From contig JAZLKG010000086.1 of the NCBI GenBank assembly GCA_045597465.1, forward strand, positions 2,994-66,993: 64,000 nt of DNA. Reading direction: 5' to 3'. Shown piece after piece: positions 32,620 to 43,267 of the stretch (position 1 is its first letter; each line of letters begins with the position of its first letter). The position numbers and the translations under genes were made by a program. The stretch is from Bacteroidales bacterium (GTDB lineage: Bacteria; Bacteroidota; Bacteroidia; Bacteroidales; UBA3824). A model generated the notes under the pieces. The model was not told the DNA's origin, searched no databases, and saw only the letters and a program-made list of their open reading frames with translations.

Positions 32620-35600
32620 TTACTTCTTCTTCTCCTCAATCCACTTTCTGGCGTTTACGAATGCCTCCAGCCATGGGGTTGCCTCGTCGTTCTTGCGGTC
32701 GGTTGGGTAGTTGGCCCACTGCCATGCGAAGATTGCGCGCTCTGGGTGTGGCATCATCGAGAGGTGACGGCCATCCTCGGAGCAGATAGCGGCTGCGTTG
32801 TAGCTTGATCCGTTTGGATTGGCTGGATACTCAGCGTAAGAATACTTCATTGGGATGTTGTAGGTGTTCTCGGGATCTGGCAGGTTGAACTTGCCCTCGC
32901 CGTGAGCTACCCAGACACCAAGACGGCTGCCTGAAAGCGACTTCAGCATTACAGAGTTGTTCTGGCAGATGTCGATGTTTACGAATGAAGACTCAAACTT
33001 GTGAGAGTTGTTGTGGAGAAGCTTTGGATGATTAGCGCGGCCTGGGTAAACGAGGTCGAGCTCGTTCATCAGCTGACAGCCGTTGCAGACACCAAGCGAC
33101 AAAGTATCAGGCCTCTTGTAGAATGCCTCAAGAGCCTTGCGAGTGGTCTCGTTGTACTTGAAAGCACCTGCCCAGCCCTTTGCAGAGCCGAGAACGTCGG
33201 AGTTGGAGAATCCACCGCAGTAAACGATGAAGTTTACATCCTCCAATGTCTCGCGGCCTGATGCGAGGTCGGTCATGTGAACGTCCTTAACGTCGAAACC
33301 TGCGAGATACATTGTGTAAGCCATCTCACGGTCGCCGTTGATACCCTTCTCACGGATGATGGCGGCCTTGATGCCGGTCTTGCTGCGACGCTTGGCATCG
33401 ATGCCGTACTGTGAGAGCTTGCCGGTGAACTCTGGAGTAAACTTGAACTCCAAAGGCTGATTCTTGTAGTTCTGGTAACGCTCGGCAGCGCACTTCTCGC
33501 CGCTCTGGAGACGGTCGAGCAGGTATGATGTCTTGAACCACTGATCGCGGCAGGCGTCGATATCGAATGTTGTGGTCTGGCCTGATACTGTGACAGTAAG
33601 TTTGCGGTCGTCAACTGGCTTACCAATCTCAACGAACTTGATCTTGTCATTAGACAAAATCTCAGAAACCTTGGCCATATCAGCCTTGGCAACCTGCATG
33701 AGAACGCCTGAGTTCTCGCTGAACATTGCTGTGCACGAATCCTTGCCTGATACTGTAACCTCGGCGCCGCCCTTTACGTTGGCGAAGCACATCTCGAGGA
33801 GGGCGGTTACCATACCACCGGCGCTGATATCGTGGCCGGCGAGTACGAGACCCTGCTTTACGAGGCTCTGGATTGCGTTGAAAGCCTTTTTGAAGTACTT
33901 GGCGCAGGCAATGTCAGGACAGTTGTCGCCGAGGGCGTTAACAACCTGGGCAAAGCTTGATCCGCCGAGCGAAGCCTCTGTATTTGAGAAGTCAACGTAG
34001 AGGATTACAGAATCCTTAACGTCCTTAATCTCTGGGGTTACGATTTTCTTGATGTCGGAAACCTCACCGGCTGATGTGATGATAACACAGCCAGGGCTCA
34101 TTACCTGCTTGCCGTCAGGATATTTCTGAGTCATAGAGAGCGAGTCCTTACCGGTTGGGATATTGATGCCGAGCTCGATAGCGAACTTGCTGGCAGCCTC
34201 CACAGCCTGATAGAGACGTGCGTCCTCACCCTTGTTCTTGCAAGGCCACATCCAGTTGGCAGAGAGCGAGATGCTGTCGATACCGTTCTCCAATGGAGCC
34301 CAAACAATGTTGGTGAGAGATTCAGCGATGGCCATTCTTGAACCTGCTGCGGCATTGATGAGCGCGATGGCAGGAGCGTGACCGAGAGCTGTGGCCATAC
34401 CGCGTGTGCCTGTGTAGTCGATGGCAACGGCGCCGCAGTCAGCCAATGGCAGCTGGATGGCACCCACATTCTGCTGACGGGCAATCTTACCTGTTACCGA
34501 ACGGTCAACCTTGTTGGTGAGCCAGTCCTTGCAGGCAACGGCCTCAAGCTTGAGAACCTCAGAAACATAGTCGGCAAACTTCTTGTCGTCGTACTTTACA
34601 GGAGCGTATTTCTTGTCGATGGTTACATCGTTCATTATGGTCTTGGGAGGATTGCCGAAGAAGTCGGCAAGCTTCAGGTTGATAGGAGTGCTCTTGTAAG
34701 GGTTTGTGAACTTGAAAACCATATCGTTGGTGGTGTGGCCTACCTCATACATTGGGGCACGCTCACGGTCAGCGATACGCTTCAGGAGCTCTACATATTT
34801 AGGATCGATTACGAGGCCCATACGCTCCTGGCTCTCGTTACCGATGATTTCCTTAGAAGAAAGTGTTGGGTCGCCAACAGGGAGCTTGTTGATCTCGATG
34901 AGTCCGCCGGTATCCTCCACAAGCTCAGAGAGACAGTTCAAGTGACCGCCTGCGCCGTGGTCGTGTACTGAAACGATTGGGTTTACGTCGAGCTCGCTGA
35001 TTGCGCGGATGGCGTTGTAAACACGCTTCTGCATCTCAGGATTAGAACGCTGAACGGCGTTGAGCTCGATGCTGTTCTGATACTGACCTGTAGCAACCGA
35101 AGAAACTGCGCCGCCACCCATACCGATGCGGTAGTTGTCGCCACCGAGAACCACGATAGGAAGTTCTGGGGTAGGAGTGTCCTTAAGACAGTCCTGCTTC
35201 TTGGCGTAACCCACACCACCGGCCTGCATGATAACCTTGTCGAAGCCGTAGGTGGCGCCGTCCTCAGAGTGCTCGAATGTGAGGAGCGAGCCGTTGATGA
35301 GAGGCTGACCGAACTTGTTGCCGAAGTCACTGGCACCGTTAGAGGCCTTGATGAGAATCTCCATTGGAGTCTGATAGAGCCACTTGCGCTCCTCGATGTT
35401 GCCCTCCCAGGCGCGCTCAGATTCCTTGATTCTTGGATATGAGGTCATATATACTGCTGTACCGGCGATTGGGAACGAGCCCTTGCCACCAGCCATACGG
35501 TCGCGGATCTCACCGCCCGAACCTGTAGCGGCACCGTTGAAAGGCTCCACTGTGGTTGGGAAGTTGTGAGTCTCGGCCTTCATGGAGAGTACGGTCTCCA

Positions 35601-36315
35601 CGTCCTTGATCTCGAACTCAGATGCAGTATCAGGCTGCTCTGGAGCAAACTGCTCCGACTTGTGACCCTCCAGGAATGCAACGTTGTCCTTGTAGGCCGA
35701 TACGATGCCTCTTGGATTTGCCTTTGATGTATCCTTGATAAGCTGGAAGAGGGATTTCTCCTTCTCCTGACCATCAATCACGAAGGTACCGCCGAAAATC
35801 TTGTGACGGCAGTGCTCTGAGTTCACTTGAGAGAAACCGAACACCTCGCTGTCGGTGAGCTTGCGGCCAAGCTGCTTGCCGAGGTTCTCAAGATACTGAA
35901 TCTCAGGCTCGCTGAGCGCAAGACCCTCCTTCTGGTTGTAGGCGCGCATGTCGTCGATATATACCACTGGATCTGGCTGCTTGTCGATGGTGAAAACATT
36001 CTCGTCGATGTCCTTATATACACGCTGAAGCATCTTGTCGAACTGAGGCTCGGCGCCGTCGGCCACGGGAACAAACTTCTCGATACGCTCCACACCGGCC
36101 ACGCCCATGTTCTGGGTGATCTCCACAGCATTGGTACTCCATGGAGTAATCATTTCCTTGCGGGGACCTACAAAAGTACCCTCAATCTTGTTGTCGCTGA
36201 GATGCTTGGCATTGCCGAAAAGCCAAACGAGCTTCTCGTCGTCGCCCTGGAGAAGCGCCTGCTTAAGCTTAACGGCGTATATCTCCGAGTTTTGTGATTG
36301 ATAGAATATTAACAT
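32620..36315 (-). CDS. purL: Phosphoribosylformylglycinamidine synthase (large form)
   Basis: NSEHCRHKIF, KAETHNFPT, HDHGAGG, GVCNGCQ, MMPHPER. Confidence 0.98.
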   Translation of the reverse strand: MLIFYQSQNSEIYAVKLKQALLQGDDEKLVWLFGNAKHLSDNKIEGTFVGPRKEMITPWSTNAVEITQNMGVAGVERIEKFVPVADGAEPQFDKMLQRVYKDIDENVFTIDKQPDPVVYIDDMRAYNQKEGLALSEPEIQYLENLGKQLGRKLTDSEVFGFSQVNSEHCRHKIFGGTFVIDGQEKEKSLFQLIKDTSKANPRGIVSAYKDNVAFLEGHKSEQFAPEQPDTASEFEIKDVETVLSMKAETHNFPTTVEPFNGAATGSGGEIRDRMAGGKGSFPIAGTAVYMTSYPRIKESERAWEGNIEERKWLYQTPMEILIKASNGASDFGNKFGQPLINGSLLTFEHSEDGATYGFDKVIMQAGGVGYAKKQDCLKDTPTPELPIVVLGGDNYRIGMGGGAVSSVATGQYQNSIELNAVQRSNPEMQKRVYNAIRAISELDVNPIVSVHDHGAGGHLNCLSELVEDTGGLIEINKLPVGDPTLSSKEIIGNESQERMGLVIDPKYVELLKRIADRERAPMYEVGHTTNDMVFKFTNPYKSTPINLKLADFFGNPPKTIMNDVTIDKKYAPVKYDDKKFADYVSEVLKLEAVACKDWLTNKVDRSVTGKIARQQNVGAIQLPLADCGAVAIDYTGTRGMATALGHAPAIALINAAAGSRMAIAESLTNIVWAPLENGIDSISLSANWMWPCKNKGEDARLYQAVEAASKFAIELGINIPTGKDSLSMTQKYPDGKQVMSPGCVIITSAGEVSDIKKIVTPEIKDVKDSVILYVDFSNTEASLGGSSFAQVVNALGDNCPDIACAKYFKKAFNAIQSLVKQGLVLAGHDISAGGMVTALLEMCFANVKGGAEVTVSGKDSCTAMFSENSGVLMQVAKADMAKVSEILSNDKIKFVEIGKPVDDRKLTVTVSGQTTTFDIDACRDQWFKTSYLLDRLQSGEKCAAERYQNYKNQPLEFKFTPEFTGKLSQYGIDAKRRSKTGIKAAIIREKGINGDREMAYTMYLAGFDVKDVHMTDLASGRETLEDVNFIVYCGGFSNSDVLGSAKGWAGAFKYNETTRKALEAFYKRPDTLSLGVCNGCQLMNELDLVYPGRANHPKLLHNNSHKFESSFVNIDICQNNSVMLKSLSGSRLGVWVAHGEGKFNLPDPENTYNIPMKYSYAEYPANPNGSSYNAAAICSEDGRHLSMMPHPERAIFAWQWANYPTDRKNDEATPWLEAFVNARKWIEEKKK

Positions 36316-36419
36316 ATCTATATTTTTGATTTTTTATATTTCTGTTTATGAGTTACTGGTGATGTAGGGCATTGTCCATTATCCATTGTCCATTAGTTTT
36401 TTGCGTATGGCGCAAAAAA

Positions 36420-38006
36420 CTACGCCACATCCTTGGTGTCGTTGGTGATACGGTAAGATGCTATGGCGATGGCCAGTGACTGACACACACGTTCTATGAA
36501 ATCCACCTGGAAATCCTCCAGGATATTCATGGAAGCTATCTCGAGCACGCCCAGCACATTGTTGTCCATTATGAGCGGTTCCAGCAGCAGGTTTTTGGGC
36601 TTGCTCTCACCCAGGCCGGTATGCACCTCTATATATTTGTCGGGCAGCTTGGTGAGGTAAATCTTCTCCTTCTCCAGATAGCATGTTCCCACCAGTCCAT
36701 CGCCCGGGTATACCCTGTGCTGCAGGTATTTAGCCTTCTGATACGCTACAGTGGCCACCTGCTCCATATATATATCGTCCTTGTTGTCGTCGTTTACCAC
36801 GAATATGCCCGCCATTGTGGCGTCCACATATTCAGTAAGCTTGTGGAGCACCTCGTTCATCATCTCGTTGGTGCGGCCCGAACCCATACGTATGATATCG
36901 CCCAGTACGGCCAGACCCTCGGCTGCCCACTGGCGGCGCTGATTCTCCTTGTTACGTTTCTCCTCCTCCTCGCGGGCGTGCCTCAGCGAGGCGCGCATCT
37001 CAAGAAGCGAGTTGCCCAGGTTGTCGTCCTTCGACAGCAGCTTGAAGTTGCTGTCCAGGTTGCCCTCACCGATCTGACGCGCAAAACCGGCGTAGGCCGC
37101 AAAACCGTCTATCAGCGCATCCAGCGATTTCTTCATCTGTCCGATCTCGTCGTCACGCTCCATGTCCAGCTTCCTTACCACCAGTCCCTGCGACATCTGT
37201 CCCAGCAAGACCTCAATCTCCCTGATAGGCTGCGACACCGAGTTTCCGAAGTAATACAGTACTATGGTGGCTATCATCACCAGCAATATACCGATAATCA
37301 CGGTCTGCTGTATCAGGCTGTTAATTCGCTTGTTGAGGTCCATGGTCTTGGCCTGCACGGTCTTGTCGATATAGTCCTCGTACACACCGGTGCCTATCAC
37401 CCATCCAAGCGGCTCGTAGAGGCGCAGGTAGGAAATCTTGGGAGTCCATTCCTCCTTACCGTCCTCTCCAGGCTTCAGCCACTTGTATCTGAAGATACCC
37501 GCGCCGTTGCCGTTCTTCACGGTCTCGGAATAGGCGTCGTACATGTTTTCGTAAGTCTCGCCCACATAGAACACGTGGGGCTCGCCCTCCAGCTTCTGCA
37601 TCGAACCGTGCATCACCACGGCGTGGGGCGGCTCGTAGTCGTTTATCCAGAGGTATCCGTCCACACCGAACTCCAGTCCGCGGAGATTCTCCAGGGTCAC
37701 CTTCAGCATGTTCACGGCCAGCATCTTCACGTTTCCGTCGGCTATGCTGTCCTCCATGTCGAATCCATAGCGCTCCCTCACTCCGGCCTCGTTGCTTGCG
37801 CGGTAGGAGTGGTCTATCATCTTCCAGGCTATGTTCACGATATCTATCAGCTGCTTGGTGAGTGCCTCGGTCTCGTCCTTGCGGAAGTTCTCGATATCCT
37901 GAAGCGCCTGGCTTCTGAAGTTCCAGATACTGTTGAACGCGATAAGGAGTATTGACATAAGCACTGTAACACTGGTAAATAGTGGCAGTTTTGTCTTCAG
38001 CTTCAT
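36420..38006 (-). CDS. Cache - HAMP - GAF membrane sensor
   Basis: Two TM helices around a Cache domain (DGYLWIND, KISY...WVIGTGVY), HAMP (RDDEIGQM), GAF (GDGLVG, GVLEIAS). Confidence 0.8.
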   Translation of the reverse strand: MKLKTKLPLFTSVTVLMSILLIAFNSIWNFRSQALQDIENFRKDETEALTKQLIDIVNIAWKMIDHSYRASNEAGVRERYGFDMEDSIADGNVKMLAVNMLKVTLENLRGLEFGVDGYLWINDYEPPHAVVMHGSMQKLEGEPHVFYVGETYENMYDAYSETVKNGNGAGIFRYKWLKPGEDGKEEWTPKISYLRLYEPLGWVIGTGVYEDYIDKTVQAKTMDLNKRINSLIQQTVIIGILLVMIATIVLYYFGNSVSQPIREIEVLLGQMSQGLVVRKLDMERDDEIGQMKKSLDALIDGFAAYAGFARQIGEGNLDSNFKLLSKDDNLGNSLLEMRASLRHAREEEEKRNKENQRRQWAAEGLAVLGDIIRMGSGRTNEMMNEVLHKLTEYVDATMAGIFVVNDDNKDDIYMEQVATVAYQKAKYLQHRVYPGDGLVGTCYLEKEKIYLTKLPDKYIEVHTGLGESKPKNLLLEPLIMDNNVLGVLEIASMNILEDFQVDFIERVCQSLAIAIASYRITNDTKDVA

Positions 38007-38328
38007 TTTACGAATGTTTTGGTTGCCAATTATCCGCAAAGGTATAAAAAAAATACCTATCACGGAAGTTTTTCTTGCAAAAAAAATGTTTCAAATATTA
38101 TACCACATGCCACATGTCCCCACGGCTGTATGTCATTGACGCGTTTTTTTTGTTTTTCCCGGTCTGATGCCGCCTTCCTATTGGTGTGCATGCCCTGTGT
38201 GGAACCATATAATAGTTCTGATTTTCAGTGCCGAGCAAAATATTTTGAAAAAATTGCAAAAAAAATTTGGAGATTCCGAATTATGTATCTACCTTTGCAT
38301 CGTCAAAACAAAACAATGACACGATGAT

Positions 38329-38402
38329 GGCGGGATAGCTCAGCTGGTTAGAGCGCATGATTCATAATCATGAGGTCCCCAGTTCAATCCTGGGTCCCGC
38401 TA
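38329..38402 (+). tRNA. tRNA-Met(CAT), probably elongator
   Basis: GGCGGGA/TCCCGCT acceptor stem, anticodon arm CATGA-TTCATAA-TCATG, T-loop GTTCAATC. Confidence 0.93.
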
Positions 38403-38497
38403 CAATGTATGAGCTGCCGAATTTTTTCGGTGGCTCATTTTTTTTGGCAAAGATAACAATTCATTATTTCACTACAATATTTAAAACACAAATTATT

Positions 38498-39352
38498 ATG
38501 GGACGCTTTCTTTTAATAATACTGGCAGTGGTTCTTGGTCTGCTGCTCTGCATCGGCGGATGCTTTGTGGGAGTAACCCTGATGTCGGACGACAAGCCTG
38601 TTGGCCTCAACAGCGACGACTATTTGTACAGCGACGAGTATGACGATGACGAATATGAGGACGACGATGAGTACTATGATGACGATGATGAGTACTACGA
38701 CGACGATGACGCATCAGGCAACAACGGACAACTTGACGGCAACAAGCCAAACCGTCCAAACGGACCCAACCGTCCTTCACGTCCAGACCGCGATGGAGAC
38801 GGAAGACAGAACAACGGCGGTATCAGCCCGGTATCTCCAAACAATAACCCTAACAGCAATCCAAACAACAACCACGCCGCCAACAACGGCAACAGCTACG
38901 GCGGAGACGGCCCTTCAGTGCCCAGCAACGGCCCATCTGTGCCAAACGGCGGTCCATCGGTACCCGAGGGCGGCCCTTCCTCCTACGAGAACAACGGCCA
39001 GATCATAGAGCTCAATGACAAGAATTTCGCCAAACTGTGCATGGGGTTGGACGGCAACAACTATGTATGCCCTGTGCCATGCGTTGTGGATTGCGGCGCC
39101 GAGTGGTGCGGATGGTGCAAGAAGCTGGAACCCATCATGGCAAAGGTTCAGAAAAAATACGGCAACAGGCTGCAGATCTTCAGGGTGGATGTCGACAAGA
39201 GCCCCAAGATTCAGAAACTCTTTGAAGCACAGAGCCTTCCCACTCTGATATTCGTGGATGCCAGCGGCAACGGCGTAAAGGCTGAGGGCTACATGGAGGA
39301 GAGCGAACTTATAGAGACCATTCAGAAGTATTGCAAGCCCGCATCCAGATAG
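38498..39352 (+). CDS. Membrane-anchored thioredoxin-domain protein with acidic and Pro/Asn/Gly linker
   Basis: N-terminal hydrophobic anchor; WCGWC active site; VDVD, SLPTL. Confidence 0.85.
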   Translation: MGRFLLIILAVVLGLLLCIGGCFVGVTLMSDDKPVGLNSDDYLYSDEYDDDEYEDDDEYYDDDDEYYDDDDASGNNGQLDGNKPNRPNGPNRPSRPDRDGDGRQNNGGISPVSPNNNPNSNPNNNHAANNGNSYGGDGPSVPSNGPSVPNGGPSVPEGGPSSYENNGQIIELNDKNFAKLCMGLDGNNYVCPVPCVVDCGAEWCGWCKKLEPIMAKVQKKYGNRLQIFRVDVDKSPKIQKLFEAQSLPTLIFVDASGNGVKAEGYMEESELIETIQKYCKPASR

Positions 39353-39500
39353 GAGAGGTCTGCAATGTATGAATAATCAGCGCTCTAACATGGCATAACG
39401 GATTTCGGAATCGTGAAAGAGAATTTTTTTTGAAAAATAATTGCAAAAAAACTTGGCGGTTCCGAAATTCTTTTCTAACTTTGCATCGCAAAACAGAAAA

Positions 39501-39574
39501 CGGGGTGTAGCGCAGTTGGCTAGCGTACTTGCATGGGGTGCAAGTGGTCATGAGTTCGAGTCTCATCACTCCGA
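39501..39574 (+). tRNA. tRNA-Pro(GGG)
   Basis: CGGGGTG/CACTCCG acceptor stem, anticodon arm CTTGC-ATGGGGT-GCAAG, T-loop GTTCGAGT. Confidence 0.93.
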
Positions 39575-39579
39575 CATTT

Positions 39580-39605
39580 AAGCCGTCCGATGGACGGCTT
39601 TTTTT
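39580..39605 (+). terminator. Element-supplied terminator after tRNA-Pro
   Basis: aagccgtcc gat ggacggctt ttttt. Confidence 0.75.
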
Positions 39606-39789
39606 GTGCAATGTGCTGTAATAGAGTAACCTAATAAATATTTTGCCTCATCTAATAAGTAATACAAAATTTGCAAAATCATACTTGCCTAATGTAATTT
39701 TGTATCAGAAAACGGAAAGTTTTGCGGAAAGTTTTGGGAAAGGATTTCCGCTTTTCCGTTTGGTATGTTTAATGCAAAATTACAGCAGT

Positions 39790-40957
39790 ATGAAAATCTC
39801 AAACATTTTGGTAAAGTGCGACCGCAAAGACGGCAAAAACCAAATCTACATTCAGATTTCGCACAAGGGCCAGAGGAAGAAGATTCGCACCGACTTCTTC
39901 ATTCTTCCCTCTGAATGGGACGCCAAGGCTCAAAAGGTAACAAAGAAGTGTAGCGACTTCCAGAGGATTAACAATTTTCTCGCTGATCAGCGCGCGAAGT
40001 ATGAGAAAAACGAGCGTGACCTCATTCTCACAGGCGAGTATTACGACATTGCCGATATTATTGCCGACAAGTCGCCTAATGGTGATTTCGTGCAGTATTG
40101 CCGTAATGAGGTAACCAGGCGCCAGGAACTTGGCAAAATCCAATACAGCCAAGAGAATTGCTATTGGAACGTCATAGACCTTTTGGTAAAATTTGGCGGT
40201 GCCGTTATTCCATTCAAGAAGATAAATATGAAGTTCGTGAAAGACCTCCACGATTACGTTATCAGAGAAAAGGCCGATTGTTCGCCGACTACTCAGCGCA
40301 AGTATCAGAACCATCTGAGAACTTTTTTTTAATTGCGCTATGGATGACAGACTGATAGATTCTATTAATTGGCGTAGAATAGAATTGGTAAAGGCCAAAC
40401 ACAAGGAGATAGAATCCATCACAAGCGACCAACTGAGAGAGATGGAGGCCAGGCCGATAACCAATGCGCAAATCAACTATATACGTGAGTTGTTCCTGTT
40501 TGGTTGTTACACAGGATGCGCCTTTGCTGATATTATGAACCTCACGGCCGACAATATCCAATGTGATGGGGAAAGAGTTTGGTTGAAGTATCGAAGAGTT
40601 AAGAACGGAGAACTCGCCAAAGTACCTCTCCATTATAGGCATTGCTCCAAGGCTCTGCCATTGATAGAGAAACATAGCGACATCCATAGGAAAACATTGT
40701 TTCCGCCTGTTACCAACCAGAACGCCAACAAGAACCTGAAGATAATACAGGAAATCTACCAACTTACCAATGTTGAGAAGTTGGGAACACACGTTGCACG
40801 TCACACTTTTATTACTCTAATGATACAATTCGGCATAGACATCTACAATGTAAAAATCTGTGCGGGCCACGCAAGCATACAAACAACAATGAAGTATGTT
40901 TACGATGCGAGTATAGATATGGAGCGCAATCTCCGAGAGGCCGATTTTGACGAGTAA
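39790..40957 (+). pseudogene. Tyrosine integrase, frameshifted at a T8 run (40323-40330)
   Basis: N-terminal arm-binding region; CYTGCAFAD, HVARHTF, AGHASIQTTMKY; removing one T joins RTFF-NCAMDD. Confidence 0.85.
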
Positions 40958-41135
40958 TTTTTTCTTTGTAAGGCAAATTACACTTTTGATAAAAGTGTTT
41001 CAAAATGCCCTACAAATACGTGTAATCCGTTTCTGAAACGATTAAACGGAAAACTTTTGGAAATGTTTTAATCGTTTTCTATATTTGTGGCGCTAATTAT
41101 TTTATGCTTTTTATTAATATAAACCTTTATTTTCT

Positions 41136-41960
41136 ATGAAAAAAGTTTGTTTGCATTGCGGTAAGACCTTTGACGGCCGTAGCAATGCGTCATTTTGCAG
41201 TACCACCTGTAAAAACGCTTTCCACAACGGCAAGCGTTTAGGAGCGACAACAGTTTACGGCGTTCCACCTATGGGCGAGGCCGTTGGCGGAACTCAGACC
41301 CACAACGAGCCATCCGCACCAATGGGCAATCCTATGGGAGCCACGAATAGCAATCCGTTCGGAAACCTCAATCTTCTGGGCGGTGCTCAGTTCGGAAACC
41401 TCAGCGCACAACTCGGCAAGTTCGAGGAGAATGTATCTAAGCAGATAGGCGCAGTTCTCAGCCGTGTAGGAATGGTGGAGGATAAGGTTTCAAACGTGGC
41501 CTCCAAGGTGGACAACGTAACCGATGAGGTGGAGGAACTTAAAGACGTTACCAAAGACAATACCGAGGTTTTGGAGGATTTGGACGCAAAGACCGATGAG
41601 AAGTTCTCAAACCTATCCAAGGAGGTAGTATCTGGCAACGCCACACTCGATGCACGTTTCTTCAATCTCTCAAATCAGATTGAGGAAACAGCCGACAAGC
41701 ACAGCGAGGCAATTGCCGACATCTCCGGCCGTATGGTTCAGCCGGCTAATCCGGAATACGAGGAGGAACAGGACGAGGAGAGCGAGGACTTCGACGACGA
41801 GGACGAGCCAAGGCGTAAAAGAGTAAGGCTTGACTATGACGATGAGCCAGACGATGAGCCAGACGGAGACGAGGATTCCGACAATGGCGGTAGCGGTTTG
41901 GGATGGCTCATAGCATTAGGTGTTGGCGCTCTCCTTTTTGCAAGCGCAAAGAAGAAGTAA
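41136..41960 (+). CDS. Zn-finger / coiled-coil / acidic protein with C-terminal membrane anchor
   Basis: CLHCGKTF...FCSTTCK; heptad region; GLGWLIALGVGALLFASAKKK. Confidence 0.75.
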   Translation: MKKVCLHCGKTFDGRSNASFCSTTCKNAFHNGKRLGATTVYGVPPMGEAVGGTQTHNEPSAPMGNPMGATNSNPFGNLNLLGGAQFGNLSAQLGKFEENVSKQIGAVLSRVGMVEDKVSNVASKVDNVTDEVEELKDVTKDNTEVLEDLDAKTDEKFSNLSKEVVSGNATLDARFFNLSNQIEETADKHSEAIADISGRMVQPANPEYEEEQDEESEDFDDEDEPRRKRVRLDYDDEPDDEPDGDEDSDNGGSGLGWLIALGVGALLFASAKKK

Positions 41961-41980
41961 CCGCAATATGACGCACTACT

Positions 41981-42053
41981 AAAAAATGATAACTTTTTCC
42001 TTTGGTCGGCAGTCCATCAACGGCAGATCCTCAGGAAAAAGTTATCTTTTTTT
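41981..42053. terminator. Bidirectional terminator-like hairpin
   Basis: gataactttttcct...aggaaaaagttatc flanked by A and T runs. Confidence 0.6.
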
Positions 42054-42675
42054 ATAATTCAATAGTCCAAGGGACTTTTTCCCATTTTTCAAGATTGCCA
42101 TCTACGCATCTCAAAGGACTTATATCTCTTTTGTTCATATCAAGCCAAAATCTTACAAAATCTTCAATTCCTAATTGATATATACTATAATATCCAGAAT
42201 AGGATACCATAATTCGAACGTTATCATCTGTACTTAATTCGCTCATTTCCTGTATGGATAAACTATCTGATAATGACTTATATATTTGCCAAAAACAACC
42301 ATCCATATTTACAGGGGTATTGTCAAATTTTTTCTTTATGAGCAATGCTATCTCGTTTCTATCTTCATAGTTCATGCCCATCATCATATTATTGATGAAG
42401 TTATAGGCCGTATGTATTTTTTCGCTTATCTCCCTTTGGGCGAAGTCTGAAAGGAGTTTTTTCAATATCGCAGTAGTTTTATCCTGTTCCCCAAAGAAAT
42501 AGCCAACTGATACTTTGAAGTAATTAGCAATCTTATCCAAGGTTTCTAACGTGGTGCCATTATTCTTTATGGCTGAGGTTAATCCAGTTTGGGAAATCTG
42601 GATATCCTCGGCCAACTTTTTTAAAGTAATCCCTTTTTGCTTGCAAAGGTCTTTTATTAAGGCTAAATTTATCAT
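42052..42675 (-). CDS. XRE-family HTH repressor
   Basis: IKDLCKQKGITLKKLAEDIQIS...TLDKIANYFKVSV. Confidence 0.88.
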   Translation of the reverse strand: MINLALIKDLCKQKGITLKKLAEDIQISQTGLTSAIKNNGTTLETLDKIANYFKVSVGYFFGEQDKTTAILKKLLSDFAQREISEKIHTAYNFINNMMMGMNYEDRNEIALLIKKKFDNTPVNMDGCFWQIYKSLSDSLSIQEMSELSTDDNVRIMVSYSGYYSIYQLGIEDFVRFWLDMNKRDISPLRCVDGNLEKWEKVPWTIEL

Positions 42676-42809
42676 TTGTAAATATTTGAGTATTAATACA
42701 ATACAACTATTATAAAAAATAAGTACGAAAATATTTTGCGAATAATACTAAATTTTAGAACTTTACGAACGAAAATTAAGAATTATTCATTTAAATCGTA
42801 TTCAAAGTT

Positions 42810-43003
42810 ATGAATTTTTCAAACATCTACAACGGAATTTTGGATAAAAAAAGCGAGATTTTATAAGGCGCTCTATTATAGAGGCTTTTAATATCACGTA
42901 TCCAACATTCAGACGTTGGGCAATTGGTGTTACAATTCCACCCAAACGTTACCACGACGCAATTGCGAACATTATGGGAGTTCCTGTTACAGAACTCTTT
43001 TAG
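42810..43003 (+). pseudogene. Cro-like HTH protein frameshifted at an A7 run (42846-42852); not in ORF track
   Basis: MNFSNIYNGILDKK + RDFIRRSIIEAFNITYPTFRRWAIGVTIPPKRYHDAIANIMGVPVTELF; divergent from the repressor. Confidence 0.65.
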
Positions 43004-43027
43004 TATTAACCATTAACACACAACACA

Positions 43028-43267
43028 ATGAAAAAAGCATTACAGAAACGTCTGCAAGCAGTGGCAGACAAGTTGAGCGAGTTGCAGTCAGAACTCACTC
43101 TCATACAGGAGGAGGCACAGGACTATTTCGATAGTCGCTCCGAGAATTGGCAAGAATCCGAAAAGGGCGAAACCGCACAGGAGGAGATCGAGCGAATTGA
43201 GGAGTTTGCCGACGAGGTAGAAACCATCAGCACCGATATTGAGGACTTCATCAATGAGGCCGAGTAA
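43028..43267 (+). CDS. Small acidic coiled-coil protein (phage-like)
   Basis: 79 aa; YFDSRSENWQESEKG. Confidence 0.7.
   Translation: MKKALQKRLQAVADKLSELQSELTLIQEEAQDYFDSRSENWQESEKGETAQEEIERIEEFADEVETISTDIEDFINEAE

Noticed and set aside
38357-38497. Extended N-terminus of the thioredoxin ORF
   Set aside because: Overlaps tRNA-Met and its terminator; the ATG at 38498 precedes the hydrophobic anchor
42846-42853. Canonical A-AAA-AAG programmed -1 frameshift in the Cro-like gene
   Set aside because: The heptamer is not in the required phase relative to the upstream ATG frame
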